Under the pieces are notes generated by a model that was given only the letters and a program-made list of their open reading frames with translations, had not been told where the DNA came from and ran no database searches. The position numbers and the translations under genes were made by a program. A stretch of 61,796 bases of DNA, filler included. It is 5 parts of 5 records of this genome, joined end to end, with 100 filler letters (N's around TTAATTAATTAA, not from the genome) between each part and the next. Parts side by side here need not be neighbours in the genome. Positions count along the whole stretch, not along the records: positions 47,427 to 55,465 come from SRR2962707_3492; positions 55,566 to 61,796 come from SRR2962707_3494; 3 more parts are not named here. The stretch is one strand, 5' to 3'. Shown piece after piece: positions 50,290-61,624 of this stretch (position 1 is its first letter; each line of letters begins with the position of its first letter).

Positions 50290-51183
50290 ATGCACATATT
50301 CATTACTGGCGCCACCGGCTTAATAGGCAGTCATTTATGCCAGCAGTTGCTTGAAGAGCATCAGCTAACGGTATTATCGAGAAGTCCTGATACAGCAACA
50401 CAATTACTCGGTGCAGGTATTTTAGCCGTAGACTCACTCGCTAATGTTGATTTTACCACTGTTGATTGCGTGATTAATCTTGCGGGTGAGCCCATTGTAA
50501 ATAAACGTTGGAGCGACAAACAGAAGCAATGCCTGCTTGATAGCCGCATTGTACTGACTCAGCAAATAAGCACTGCAATACAGCATAGCCAAACACCACC
50601 TCATACATTTATCTCTGGAAGTGCCATTGGTTTTTATGGCCGCCAAGATAACACCCTGATTGATGAAAGTTTTACCGCTGTACATCCAGAGTTTAGCCAC
50701 AAGCTATGTGATGCGTGGGAGCAAGCGGCATTCGCTGCGCAATCAGCTAATACACGCGTATGCACACTGCGCACCGGGATCGTATTAGCTAAACAAGCAG
50801 GCGCATTAGCAAAAATGTTGCCGCCATTTAAACTAGGATTAGGTGGACCGATTGGTAATGGTGAGCAAGGCATGTCGTGGATCCATATTGATGACATGGT
50901 TCGACTTATCTTATTCGTGTTAGAGACTAAAAATCTTAGCGGAGCAATTAATGCCACAGCACCCAACCCTGTTAGCAATAAAGAGTTTAGTCATCAATTA
51001 GGGCAAGCTCTCACACGTCCGGCATTTATACCTATGCCGAGTTTATTACTTAAATTAGTTATGGGGGAAATGGCTGATTTATTGCTTTATGGGCAATTTG
51101 TTGAGCCTAAAAAGTTACAGACACAGCAATTTACTTTTAACTATCCAAAACTACCCGACGCACTTGAAAATTTATTAGCGTGA
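50290..51183 (+). CDS. TIGR01777 family NAD-dependent epimerase (YfcH-like)
   Basis: TGATGLIG, INLAGEPI..KRW, SWIHIDD. Confidence 0.92.
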   Translation: MHIFITGATGLIGSHLCQQLLEEHQLTVLSRSPDTATQLLGAGILAVDSLANVDFTTVDCVINLAGEPIVNKRWSDKQKQCLLDSRIVLTQQISTAIQHSQTPPHTFISGSAIGFYGRQDNTLIDESFTAVHPEFSHKLCDAWEQAAFAAQSANTRVCTLRTGIVLAKQAGALAKMLPPFKLGLGGPIGNGEQGMSWIHIDDMVRLILFVLETKNLSGAINATAPNPVSNKEFSHQLGQALTRPAFIPMPSLLLKLVMGEMADLLLYGQFVEPKKLQTQQFTFNYPKLPDALENLLA

Positions 51184-51299
51184 AGGTTTTATTAGTCCAT
51201 TTTTATTATCTTGCTATTAGTTAAATAGTACATAATAATTAACACTATTAAAAATATATCACAAAGGCAACTAGGTTTGGCGCATAGGAAATACCATAC

Positions 51300-52430
51300 A
51301 TGATGCATTTACCTACAATCATCATCATTTCCATAATACTTAACTCAATCATTAGCTCATTTTTGATGTCTTTGTATGTGCTCAGAAAACAAAAAACCTA
51401 TTTGTATTGGTGTATCTCTTGTTTTATTTTTGTATTTGCTCAAGTCACTGCTGCGCTGCGTGCATTTATTGATTTAGATTTTGTCTCCCACTACTTAGCC
51501 GACCTATTTATCATCGCCGCACCGCTTGCGGCAATACTAGGTATACATGCTTATAACAGCACCGATAAAACCAAATTCACGGCATGTATTGGAGTGTTAC
51601 TAGCATCAGCGATAATTTTACTGCCTATTTATAGTTCACCTTTTGGACAACTTTATACCACAACAGTCATTGCATGCTGCTTTTGTTATGCAGCTTATGC
51701 ATTAAATAAGTTACATTTGGGTCGTATTACACATTTTTTACTGTTACAAATCTGTTTTGTTGTACATGCCATCTTGATGTTTTGCCAAGCCGCACTACTA
51801 CTTTCTGCACCAACATCAGTGATCGATACTCAGCAAGCTCTGGCTATAATCTTAATTAGCCATATTGTGATCTCCACTTGCACAGCGTTAGTCTGGCCTG
51901 TGTTAATGTTTTTAGAATCAGAGCAAGTTTTAACCGATTTAGCTAATTTAGATCCACTCACAGGGCTGCTTAATCGACGCGCATTTTTAAATCTCAGTGC
52001 CACACATTTAGAGCAAGCCCATGGGTGCCAAAAAGAATTATGTGCATTGATGATTGATATTGATTTTTTCAAAAAAGTGAATGATAAATTTGGTCATGAA
52101 ACAGGCGATGAGGCTTTAAAATGGGTTGCCAAACAAATTCAAGCACAGTTACGAGAGCATGATATTGTGGCACGTATCGGCGGTGAAGAGTTTGCAATTT
52201 TACTGCCTAATACCTCTGAAAATAATGCCCATGCTTTATCAGAACGGATCCGACTAGCTATTAATAACCAACAGTTTATTTATAACCAACAAAGTATTTC
52301 GCTGTCACTTAGCATTGGTGTAATAAAACACTCTGCAGGTAGCAATATCAATGATTTACTTGCCCAAGCAGACAAAGGTTTGTACCAAGCAAAACACAAT
52401 GGCCGCAATCAAGTTGTTGTTGCTATTTAG
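51300..52430 (+). CDS. Membrane diguanylate cyclase
   Basis: About 7 TMs; DPLTGLLNRR, DIDFFK.VND, REHD I-site, GGEEF. Confidence 0.92.
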   Translation: MMHLPTIIIISIILNSIISSFLMSLYVLRKQKTYLYWCISCFIFVFAQVTAALRAFIDLDFVSHYLADLFIIAAPLAAILGIHAYNSTDKTKFTACIGVLLASAIILLPIYSSPFGQLYTTTVIACCFCYAAYALNKLHLGRITHFLLLQICFVVHAILMFCQAALLLSAPTSVIDTQQALAIILISHIVISTCTALVWPVLMFLESEQVLTDLANLDPLTGLLNRRAFLNLSATHLEQAHGCQKELCALMIDIDFFKKVNDKFGHETGDEALKWVAKQIQAQLREHDIVARIGGEEFAILLPNTSENNAHALSERIRLAINNQQFIYNQQSISLSLSIGVIKHSAGSNINDLLAQADKGLYQAKHNGRNQVVVAI

Positions 52431-52597
52431 CATAATATTTAACACCCAACATTACTGGCTAATTTGAAAGCGAACTCGTGTATTAGAAAAATTATTAATA
52501 ATTAAATAAAAACATCACGATACAATTTAGACACATTTTTATCCCAATTAATTAAACTCATTTGTTGACGTAACGTTAAAATTCCACTAGCCTTCTC

Positions 52598-52611
52598 TGG
52601 AAGCGCTTTCA
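52598..52611. promoter_or_regulatory. LacI-family operator 1
   Basis: TGGAAGCGCTTTCA near-palindrome with central GCGC. Confidence 0.75.
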
Positions 52612-52631
52612 CATATTGCCACATCATTTTC

Positions 52632-52645
52632 TGGAAGCGCTTCCA
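52632..52645. promoter_or_regulatory. LacI-family operator 2
   Basis: TGGAAGCGCTTCCA perfect palindrome. Confidence 0.8.
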
Positions 52646-52710
52646 CACACAATAATACCGCTTGTAATAAAGACGGTTAATAATAATGATAACAGTACGA
52701 GGGAAACCTA

Positions 52711-55465
52711 ATGTCGAGTCATATTTTAAAAAAAACAAAGTTAGCGACCAGCTTATCTTTGATTTTAGGTGCAGCAACCACGCTATCAGCCTACGCAGCA
52801 GAGGTTGAGAAACAAGAAGAACTTGAAGTAATTCAAGTGACTGGTTTTAAAGGTAGTATTAAAGAGTCCACACAACTAAAGCGGTATTCGTCGGGCGTTG
52901 TTGATGCAATATCTTCTGAAGACATTGGTAAATTCCCTGATACTAACCTAGCTGAATCGTTACAACGTATTACTGGTGTATCGATTGACCGCAGCAATGG
53001 CGAAGGCTCCAAAGTCACCGTTCGTGGCTTTGGCCCTGATTATAATATGGTAACGTTAAATGGACGTACTATGCCTGCAGCGTCTCTTCCTGCCGGTGGC
53101 GGTGCGCCTAATTCTCGCGCTTATGATTTTGCCAATCTAGCATCAGAAAGTGTTAAATCGGTCGAGGTATATAAAACTGGCAAAGCCAGTATTGCATCAG
53201 GTGGTATCGGTGCAACAATAAATATCAATACAGCTCGTCCGCTAGATAATCCAGGCCTAGTTGCCAATGTCGGGGTAAAAGCGCAACACGATACAACCAA
53301 CCGTGTTGGTGATGATGTAACGCCGGAAATTTCGGGGATCTTCAGTTGGACAGATGAAGATGCGAAATTTGGCGCATCACTTACCGCCAGTATGCAACAG
53401 CGTGACAGCTCGGCAACAGGTGCATTCGTTGGCGAATGGCGCACCACTGAATACGATGGCACCATCCCACAAGCGGCGGATGATATTGTATTAGAAAACG
53501 CCCCTGCAATGGGCCAATATTATTCAATGCCATCTGATTTACGTTACACCATTGCTGATCGTGAACGTACTCGAACCAATGCACAACTCACCTTGCAATA
53601 CAGCCCTGTAGACTCACTCACCGCAACGCTTGATTATACTTATTCTCAACAAGAATTATTTGAAGCGCGCGCAGAGCAATCAATTTGGATGGATAACTAT
53701 AAAACCCATTTGATCTTTGATGATAACGAGGTTAAAACGCCAATTTACTACCAAGAAGAACGCCGTGATTTATCCACTCGCGATTTAGGTTTAGCGTTAC
53801 AAGAACAAAACCAAGTAAATGAAAATAAATCGATTGGTTTAAATCTTGAGTACTATTTTAACGACCAACTACGCTTTATGTTTGATGCGCATAGTTCAAA
53901 AGCAACTAGCAAGCCTGACGCGCCTTATGGTAGCTGGATCAATGCAGGCTTAGGTGCAAATGTAGTTGCGGCGCAACAAGTTGACTTCAGCCGAGATCTG
54001 CCCTCTATGATAATCGATTTTGACGATTGCAGTCGCGCAAACCTAAACTGCACAGGTGCATTAGAGCAAGCCGATGTAGGTACCTCTATTTTAGATGCTA
54101 ACTTTGCCAGTCAAGAATCAACCGTTGATGAGTTTCGTCTGCACGGTAACTATGTAATGGACAACGGCAGTATAGATTTTGGTATTGAATCACGCTCTAT
54201 GGAAAGCCAGTCATTGCAATCACTTACCAGAAATACCATGGGTAACTGGGGCATTGAAAACCCAGGCGAACTACCTGATGGCTATTTAGACCCCACTAAT
54301 TTCCTAGCTGAGTTTGATGATTACGACACCAGTGGTTCATTCGACCAAGGTTTCACCGGTATTGCATCGCAAATTGGTTACTGGGCAGCAGAGCAATATG
54401 GTTTTAATTTTGCTGCGGATGGCGCATTTGCAACCAACCGCACCATTGAAGAAGATATCAAAGCAGCCTTTGTACAATACAACTACAGTAACGAAATTAG
54501 TGGTATGCCATTTAATTTAGTGATTGGCGCGCGCTACGAAACAACCGATATTACCTCAACAGCGAACATTGATTTGCCGGATGCAGTAGCATGGGAAGGT
54601 AATAATGATTTTAATGTGCGTTACGGTACCAATAAAGATGATTATTCTTTAAGTTCAAGCTATAACCACTTTTTACCCAGCTTAGACTTTGATATTAATG
54701 TTGTTGAAGACGTTACGCTTCGAGCTTCATACAGCACAACGATTGCCCGCCCTACTTATGATAATTTAAGTTCTGCAGCAACAGTAGGCGTACCAACAGG
54801 TCCAACAATTATTCCTGGTACCACGAATGCACCTGCTGCGACAGGTAACCCTGCTCTTGTGCCGCTCGAATCTGACAACTTTGATGTTTCTGCTGAATGG
54901 TACTTTACTGATGTAAGTTATGTGTCCGTAGGCTACTTTAATAAAAAAGTGGATAATTTTATTGGCTTAACACCAATGACGCAAAACTACTACGGCTTAC
55001 GTGATGCCTCTGCCGGTCCTCGCGCCGAAGCGGCCAAAGCAGAGCTTGAAGCAAGAGGCTTAGCATTTACCGATGCAAACTTATTCCAAATGGTCGCTGC
55101 AATGGAAAATGGCGTTGCTTTTGACTCAATGAGCTATGACGAGTTTGAAGCTGCCTATGATGTTTTACCTAATGCTGACGACCCATTAATGGACTTTACA
55201 GCACAAGTACCAACCAATAACAAAGATGCAAAAATCGATGGCTATGAATTTGCTGTGCAACATTTCTTTGGTGAAAGTGGTTTTGGTTTACAAGCTAACT
55301 ACACTATCGTAAATGGTGATATTGACTTTAATGTTGCGGCTGATCCAACCACAACCCAATTTGCCCTTGTAGGTTTGAGTGATACAGCTAACTTCATTGC
55401 TATGTATGAAAACGATAAGTTTCAAGCACGTATTGCCTATAACTGGCGTGATAAATTCTTAAACA
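52711..55465 (+). CDS. TonB-dependent receptor, carbohydrate-type (3' truncated)
   Basis: TonB box EVIQVTG, plug DAISSEDIGKFPDTNLAESLQRITGV, barrel motifs. Confidence 0.93.
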
Positions 55466-55565
55466 NNNNNNNNNNNNNNNNNNNNNNNNNNNNNNNNNNN
55501 NNNNNNNNNTTAATTAATTAANNNNNNNNNNNNNNNNNNNNNNNNNNNNNNNNNNNNNNNNNNNN
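55466..55565. other. Artificial contig linker
   Basis: N spacer with TTAATTAATTAA. Confidence 0.98.
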
Positions 55566-55797
55566 TCAACACCTCATCGAAGCATAGATTATCTATAGGA
55601 TATTTATTTGTATTTCAGTTGATAATTTTTTTTATAGATGCTTTTTTCTGAAAGTTTTTTGGTTTTAAACATGGTTTAAAAATATTTTAATCTTTATAGA
55701 TTATAGCCACAGATTCACGCATCTACTTCATTGCTTTTTATGGATAGTTTGTTTCTTCGTAGCAGAGGGGTATAGTTGTAAATTTGTGAATGAAAGA

Positions 55798-55949
55798 GAA
55801 GTCGGGAGTCCGAAGTCCGAAGAAAAAGAATCTTTATACGTGTTTCCTTCAACTTTCAACTCAAAGAGGCAAAGTAAAATAAGTAATAAAATTTTTTAAT
55901 CCTTTAATCTTTCAATATTTTAATCTTATGTACAAAATACTTAATACTA
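55798..55949. repeat. Cluster of different short tandem repeats (GTCCGAA, TTTCAAC, TTTAATCT, AATACTT)
   Basis: Seen directly downstream of the SDR gene. Confidence 0.75.
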
Positions 55950-55951
55950 TT

Positions 55952-56833
55952 TTATTGCTTCTTTTTACTGCGAATCATTGCTTCTAGCATATCCCACATT
56001 TCTTCTGGTACAGCTTCTAACAAATTAAATTGACCAGCACCTTTTAACCACTCTCCTCCATCTAAAGTAATTACTTCTCCGTTAAGATATGCTCCAAAAT
56101 CTGAAACCATATAAGCGGCAAGATTTGCTAATTCTTGATGATTGCCAACTCTTTTTAAAGGCACTTTTTTAGCTAAGTCGAATTTCTCTTTTAAGTCGCC
56201 CGGCAACAATCTATCCCATGCACCTTTTGTAGGAAAGGGGCCTGGGGCAATTGCATTAAAACGCATTCCGTATTTTGCCCATTCTACGGCTAAACTTCTT
56301 GTAAGTGCTAATACTCCAGCTTTTGCTGTAGCAGATGGAACTACATATGCAGAGCCTGTCCAAGCATAGGTGGTTACAATATTTAATACATTGGTGTTTT
56401 CTTGCTTTGTATCTATCCAATGTTTTCCAAAAGCTAGTGTACAGTTTTTGGTCCCTTTTAATACAATGTCAATAATGGTATCAAATGCATTAGCAGAAAG
56501 TCTTTCTGTAGGAGATATAAAGTTGCCAGCTGCATTATTAAGAAGTACATCTATTTTTCCAAATTTGGCAATTACTTTATCTCGCATTGCTTCTACTTGG
56601 TCATAATGGCGAACATCGCAAGCTACAGCAAAGCAAGTTCCACTTGTTTCAGCCTCTAGTTCTTTAGCTGTAGTTTCTAATTTTTCAAGACTTCTAGAGG
56701 TAATAGCAACATTGGCTCCTAACTCTAAAAAGTATTTGGTCATAGCTTTGCCTAAACCGCTACCACCACCTGTTACTACTATTGATTTTCCTTCAAGCGC
56801 TCCATCACGAAGCATTTTATCTGTGTATTTCAT
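55952..56833 (-). CDS. SDR oxidoreductase, 2,4-dienoyl-CoA reductase-like
   Basis: TGGGSGLG, NNAAGNF, SATAKAGV, LAVEW, IAPGP. Confidence 0.92.
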   Translation of the reverse strand: MKYTDKMLRDGALEGKSIVVTGGGSGLGKAMTKYFLELGANVAITSRSLEKLETTAKELEAETSGTCFAVACDVRHYDQVEAMRDKVIAKFGKIDVLLNNAAGNFISPTERLSANAFDTIIDIVLKGTKNCTLAFGKHWIDTKQENTNVLNIVTTYAWTGSAYVVPSATAKAGVLALTRSLAVEWAKYGMRFNAIAPGPFPTKGAWDRLLPGDLKEKFDLAKKVPLKRVGNHQELANLAAYMVSDFGAYLNGEVITLDGGEWLKGAGQFNLLEAVPEEMWDMLEAMIRSKKKQ

Positions 56834-56850
56834 ATGTATGTTTTTTAGTT

Positions 56851-57104
56851 AGTTTAAAGTTTAGAGTTGAAAGTTGAAAAGTTAAAGGTTGAAAGTTAAA
56901 AAATTAAAGATGTGTAAAGTCGCAAAGGGGATTAAATTCTGATGTTTCTAGTTTCCTGTTTCCTGTTTCTGGTTTCTTTTCTATTAATTTCAGGTTCAAA
57001 ATCTCAAAATTGTAAAGATTTTTTTAAACTTCCGACTCCCAAGTCTTTCAATCCTTCAATCTTTCAATCCTTTAATCTTTTAATTATTTAATCTTCCGAC
57101 TTCC
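56851..57104. repeat. Cluster of different short tandem repeats (AGTTGAA, GTTTCCT, ACTTCCG, TTTCAATC)
   Basis: Seen directly between the mutase and SDR genes. Confidence 0.8.
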
Positions 57105-59234
57105 TCACTCCTCAATCAAAATTTCTAAAATTTTAATAGCGGCTTCACTTACTTTGGTTCCAGGTCCAAAAACAGCTACAGCGCCAGCATCAAATAAAAA
57201 TTGATAATCTTGTTTCGGAATCACTCCGCCTACAATGACCATAATATCATCTCGACCATATTTCTTTAGCGTATTAATTACCTCTGGAACTAAAGTTTTG
57301 TGTCCAGCTGCCAAAGAGGAAACCCCAAGGATATGAACATCGTTTTCTACGGCTTGCTTAGCAGCCTCTTGTGGTGTTTGGAAAAGCGGACCAATATCTA
57401 CATCAAAACCAATATCTGCATACCCAGTAGCTACAACTTTGGCGCCTCTATCATGACCATCTTGTCCCATTTTGGCAATAAGAATTCTAGGTCTACGGCC
57501 CTCTTGCTCTGCAAATTTATCGGTCATCGATTTTGCTTTTTCAAAACTCTTATCTTGTTTTACTTCTTTTGAATACACGCCACTAAAAGATTGAATTTTT
57601 GCTTTGTATCTGCCAAAAACTTCTTCTAAAGCAGAGGAAATCTCTCCCAGAGTAGCTCTATTTTTGGCAGCTTCTATAGCTAAAGCTAGTAAATTATTTT
57701 CGCCCGATTTAGCCGATTGTGATAATTTTAATAAAGAAGCGGTAACAGCAGCCTCATTTCGTGTAGCTTTTATGCTTTCTAGGCGTTCAATTTGTTGTTT
57801 TCTAACGGTTTGGTTATCTACCTCTAGTATTTGGAGTGGATCTTCTTTCTCTAATCTATATTTATTTACCCCTACAATTATATCTTGATTGCTATCAATT
57901 CGAGCTTGTTTTCTTGCTGCGGCTTCTTCAATACGCATTTTAGGAATACCAGCTTCTATAGCTTTTGTCATGCCTCCTAAAGTCTCCACTTCTTCAATAA
58001 GTTTCCATGCTTTATTTGCAATTTTATGGGTGAGACTTTCTACATAATAGCTTCCTGCCCATGGGTCTACTGTTTTTGTAATTTCAGTTTCTTCTTGCAA
58101 AAACAATTGCGTATTTCTTGCTATTCTTGCTGAAAAATCTGTAGGAAGTGCAATAGCTTCATCTAAGGCATTGGTGTGAAGCGACTGTGTGCCGCCAAAA
58201 GTAGCAGCCGTAGCTTCTATACAAGTTCGAGCAACATTGTTAAAAGGATCTTGCTCGGTTAAACTCCAACCACTAGTTTGACAATGGGTGCGGAGCGATA
58301 AAGATTTTTCGTTCTTCGGATTAAATTGCTTGACTAATTTTGCCCATAGCATTCGAGCGGCTCTCATTTTAGCAATTTCCATAAAATGATTCATTCCAAT
58401 CCCCCAGAAAAATGAGAGTCTGGGTGCAAATGTATCGATATCCATGCCGGCCTTTATCCCTGTTTTAATATATTCCAATCCATCTGCTAGTGTATATGCA
58501 AGTTCAATATCGGCAGTAGCGCCCGCTTCTTGCATATGGTAGCCAGAAATACTAATACTATTAAATTTTGGCATGTTCTTGCTGGTGAATTCAAAAATAT
58601 CTGCAATAATCTTCATAGAAGGTGTAGGAGGGTAGATATAGGTATTTCGAACCATAAATTCCTTTAAAATATCATTCTGAATAGTTCCAGAGAGGGTTTT
58701 TATATCCACCCCTTGTTCTTGAGCGGCAACAATATAAAAAGCCATTATAGGGAGTACCGCACCATTCATGGTCATAGAAACCGACATTTTATCAAGGGGA
58801 ATTTGATCGAAAAGTATTTTCATATCTTCAACCGAATCGATAGCTACTCCAGCTTTTCCTACGTCGCCAACTACTCTTTCATGATCCGAATCATAACCAC
58901 GATGCGTTGCCAAATCAAAGGCTACTGAGAGTCCTTTTTGACCAGCTTCTAAATTCCTTCTATAAAAAGCATTACTTTCTTCAGCAGTAGAAAAACCAGC
59001 ATATTGCCTTATAGTCCATGGTTTTCGAACATACATGGTGCTATATGGGCCCCGAAGAAAAGGAGGAAAGCCTGCAGCAAAATTTAAATGCTCAAGCTGC
59101 TTCATATCGTCTTTATTGTAAACCGTTTTTAAATTTATTTTTTCAGCAGTAGGAAAAGTAGTACTTTCAGAAGCATTTCCTTCTTTAGTTAAAGCTTTTT
59201 TTAAGGTAATATGTTGAAGGTCTTTCCGTTTCAT
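57105..59234 (-). CDS. scpA: Methylmalonyl-CoA mutase catalytic subunit
   Basis: [14 protein letters not shown]12-binding [15 protein letters not shown]. Confidence 0.97.
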   Translation of the reverse strand: MKRKDLQHITLKKALTKEGNASESTTFPTAEKINLKTVYNKDDMKQLEHLNFAAGFPPFLRGPYSTMYVRKPWTIRQYAGFSTAEESNAFYRRNLEAGQKGLSVAFDLATHRGYDSDHERVVGDVGKAGVAIDSVEDMKILFDQIPLDKMSVSMTMNGAVLPIMAFYIVAAQEQGVDIKTLSGTIQNDILKEFMVRNTYIYPPTPSMKIIADIFEFTSKNMPKFNSISISGYHMQEAGATADIELAYTLADGLEYIKTGIKAGMDIDTFAPRLSFFWGIGMNHFMEIAKMRAARMLWAKLVKQFNPKNEKSLSLRTHCQTSGWSLTEQDPFNNVARTCIEATAATFGGTQSLHTNALDEAIALPTDFSARIARNTQLFLQEETEITKTVDPWAGSYYVESLTHKIANKAWKLIEEVETLGGMTKAIEAGIPKMRIEEAAARKQARIDSNQDIIVGVNKYRLEKEDPLQILEVDNQTVRKQQIERLESIKATRNEAAVTASLLKLSQSAKSGENNLLALAIEAAKNRATLGEISSALEEVFGRYKAKIQSFSGVYSKEVKQDKSFEKAKSMTDKFAEQEGRRPRILIAKMGQDGHDRGAKVVATGYADIGFDVDIGPLFQTPQEAAKQAVENDVHILGVSSLAAGHKTLVPEVINTLKKYGRDDIMVIVGGVIPKQDYQFLFDAGAVAVFGPGTKVSEAAIKILEILIEE

Positions 59235-60607
59235 AAAACTTCCTTTTTTAATCGTTCTTGTTCAGAAGCTTCTGCTAATCTTCGCTCTATAATTGGCTCG
59301 ATTAGTGTTTTTCTGATTTCAGTTTTTACAAAAGGATAGAGCTCAAGCTCATTTTGCATGCGGTCTTTTTGATTCTGATATTTATTTGTGCCTACTAATA
59401 TTTTACTTTTTTCGTTGAATTTTGTCTGCTCGGTATTTGCATTTTCTTTTATCTTTTTCTGAATAAGATGTTCTTTTAATAAAGTTAAAAAACCATTTTT
59501 TGCTTCAATCTTTTTAAATAATTCGAGTCCTTTTTTAGCTAAATCTTCCGTAATAGATTCAATATAATAACTTCCATCTGAAGGATTCTTTACTTTGTCA
59601 AAATAGCTTTCATGTTTAAGAATTAACAATTGATTTCTTGCAATTCTTGAAGCAAATCCCTTGTCTTTATGATAAAAACTATCATAAGGAAGTGTGCAAA
59701 TAGTATCGGCACCACCAATTATAGCACTCATGGATTCTGTGGTGGTTCGCAACATGTTTACATTATAGTCGTACAGCGTTTTATTCCGCTTTGTTGGGGT
59801 GCAAAAAAGGTAACAATTAGCAGTAGAATTATATTCTGAAGCTATGGTTTTCCATAAAATACGCAATGCTTTTAGTTTCCCAATTTCAAAAAAGTAATTG
59901 CTCCCAACAGCTATTTTAAAAGTTACTGCAAAATCTTTTCTTTCTAAATAGGTAAAGTACTCATTTACATGTGCCAGCCCATAAGCTAGTTGTTGTACCA
60001 TATTGGCACCAGCATTTTGGTATAAAGAAAGATCAACAGTTACAACGGTTTTAAATTGGGGAATATCGGTAAGAATGCTTTGGATGTTATTATAAATAGC
60101 AAAGTCTTTTTTAAAATTGAAATACCAATTCCCTGTTCGTGCAAGATTTCCAATAATGTCTATGTGTAGGAAAATATGTGCTTGTTTATTTTTAAAGAAA
60201 TTAACAAGTTGCTTTACAAAATCAACAGATAAAAAAGCTGTTTCTATATGAATTGCTACAGTTTTAAAAGGAAAACTTTTAAATAAAGTATGAAGGTCGG
60301 CTGTATCATCGGGGAAAAAGAAAAGGATACTTTGAGCCCCTTTCTTAATGTTTTCAATAGCTTTTACATTAGCTCCCGAAGCTTTAGCCACAAATATTTT
60401 TTCACAGATATTCCATTCAGGATTTATAATACTGTTGTTTTCTGCCGGAAAATCATCAGAATTATAGAAAGGTTTGATATTAATATCTTCGGGTGTTTTA
60501 GTTACCAAAGTATCATTATAATCTTCTCCTTTTAATTCAAACTGTATTTTTTGTTTCCACTGTTTAGTAGAGATTTCTGGAAACTCATTAAAAAGTGAAT
60601 TAGTCAT
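59231..60607 (-). CDS. Methylmalonyl-CoA mutase small (beta) subunit
   Basis: [32 protein letters not shown]; no B12 domain; ATGA-coupled to scpA. Confidence 0.9.
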   Translation of the reverse strand: MTNSLFNEFPEISTKQWKQKIQFELKGEDYNDTLVTKTPEDINIKPFYNSDDFPAENNSIINPEWNICEKIFVAKASGANVKAIENIKKGAQSILFFFPDDTADLHTLFKSFPFKTVAIHIETAFLSVDFVKQLVNFFKNKQAHIFLHIDIIGNLARTGNWYFNFKKDFAIYNNIQSILTDIPQFKTVVTVDLSLYQNAGANMVQQLAYGLAHVNEYFTYLERKDFAVTFKIAVGSNYFFEIGKLKALRILWKTIASEYNSTANCYLFCTPTKRNKTLYDYNVNMLRTTTESMSAIIGGADTICTLPYDSFYHKDKGFASRIARNQLLILKHESYFDKVKNPSDGSYYIESITEDLAKKGLELFKKIEAKNGFLTLLKEHLIQKKIKENANTEQTKFNEKSKILVGTNKYQNQKDRMQNELELYPFVKTEIRKTLIEPIIERRLAEASEQERLKKEVL

Positions 60608-60662
60608 AGTGGCTTATTTCAGTTTTGGTTTAGGAAGTAGTCTTTGTTTTAGACCTAAAAAG

Positions 60663-60989
60663 TTAGTCGTTTTTTATACTATCGGCATATTCAATAAGGT
60701 AAATTTCTTCATCATCTTTTTTTAGATAGTATTCTTCTCTAGCAAATTTTTCTATTTCTTCTTTGCTGTTTAACTTCCGAAGAATAGATTTATCTTTTTC
60801 TATAGCTTCTTTTAGATGAACTTTTTGTTCCTCTAATTTTTCTATTTCTTTATCCAATTCTCTATGTGTAAACCACCAAGAATTGGCATCAAAAAATAAC
60901 ATCCAAATAACAAATACGGTTAGAACAAGCACGTAAATGTTGCTGAAAAATTTAAACCATCTAGATTTTCTTATTTCTTTAAATGTCAT
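60663..60989 (-). CDS. Septum formation initiator (FtsB/DivIC family)
   Basis: WMLFFD, coiled coil, EKFAREEY. Confidence 0.88.
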   Translation of the reverse strand: MTFKEIRKSRWFKFFSNIYVLVLTVFVIWMLFFDANSWWFTHRELDKEIEKLEEQKVHLKEAIEKDKSILRKLNSKEEIEKFAREEYYLKKDDEEIYLIEYADSIKND

Positions 60990-60990
60990 T

Positions 60991-61599
60991 TTATAGCAAG
61001 CGTTCGTTTATAATGGTTCTTACAATATCAACGGCAACAGTATTGTATCTATTGTTTGGAATAATAATATCTGCAAATTCTTTTGTAGGCTCAATAAATT
61101 GTTGGTGCATCGGTTTTAGCGTTGTTTGGTAACGTAATAAAACTTCGTCAATATCTCGCCCTCTTTCAGAAATATCTCTCTTTATTCTACGTATTAATCG
61201 CTCATCAGAATCGGCATGTACATATATTTTAATATCAAAAAGTTCTCGTACTTTAGGATTTGTAAGGATTAAAATACCTTCCACAATCATTACTTTGTGG
61301 GGGTGCGTAAGGATAGAATCTTTTGTTCTATTATGTTTTACAAAAGAATATACAGGTTGCTCTATAACTTCATTATTTTTTAAAGCTACTAAATGATCGT
61401 ATAAAAGATCAAAATCGATAGCCCGTGGATGGTCAAAATTTATTTTTGTACGTTCATCATAGCTTAAATGAGAAGTTTCATTGTAATAAGAATCTTGAGA
61501 AATAACTCCTACTTCGTTCTCTGGAAGTTCGTTTACTATTTGATTAACAACGGTTGTTTTCCCACAGCCAGTTCCACCAGCAATTCCGATTATGAGCAT
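60991..61599 (-). CDS. udk: Uridine kinase
   Basis: GIAGGTGCGKTT, NFDHP, RRIKRDI.ERGR. Confidence 0.96.
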   Translation of the reverse strand: MLIIGIAGGTGCGKTTVVNQIVNELPENEVGVISQDSYYNETSHLSYDERTKINFDHPRAIDFDLLYDHLVALKNNEVIEQPVYSFVKHNRTKDSILTHPHKVMIVEGILILTNPKVRELFDIKIYVHADSDERLIRRIKRDISERGRDIDEVLLRYQTTLKPMHQQFIEPTKEFADIIIPNNRYNTVAVDIVRTIINERLL

Positions 61600-61616
61600 A
61601 TTCGTTTTATTTTTTA

Positions 61617-61624
61617 CAAAAATA
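61617..61624 (-). promoter_or_regulatory. Bacteroidetes -7 promoter element for the udk operon
   Basis: TATTTTTG on the minus strand 17 nt before ATG. Confidence 0.45.

Noticed and set aside
51300-52430. GGDEF protein as regulator of the GT2-YaiO locus
   Set aside because: It is on a different contig from a different organism
55798-57104. CRISPR array
   Set aside because: Units are 7-8 nt tandem repeats with no repeat-spacer periodicity and no cas genes
59231-60607. Truncated mutase pseudogene
   Set aside because: Intact, coupled ORF consistent with the normal non-catalytic small subunit
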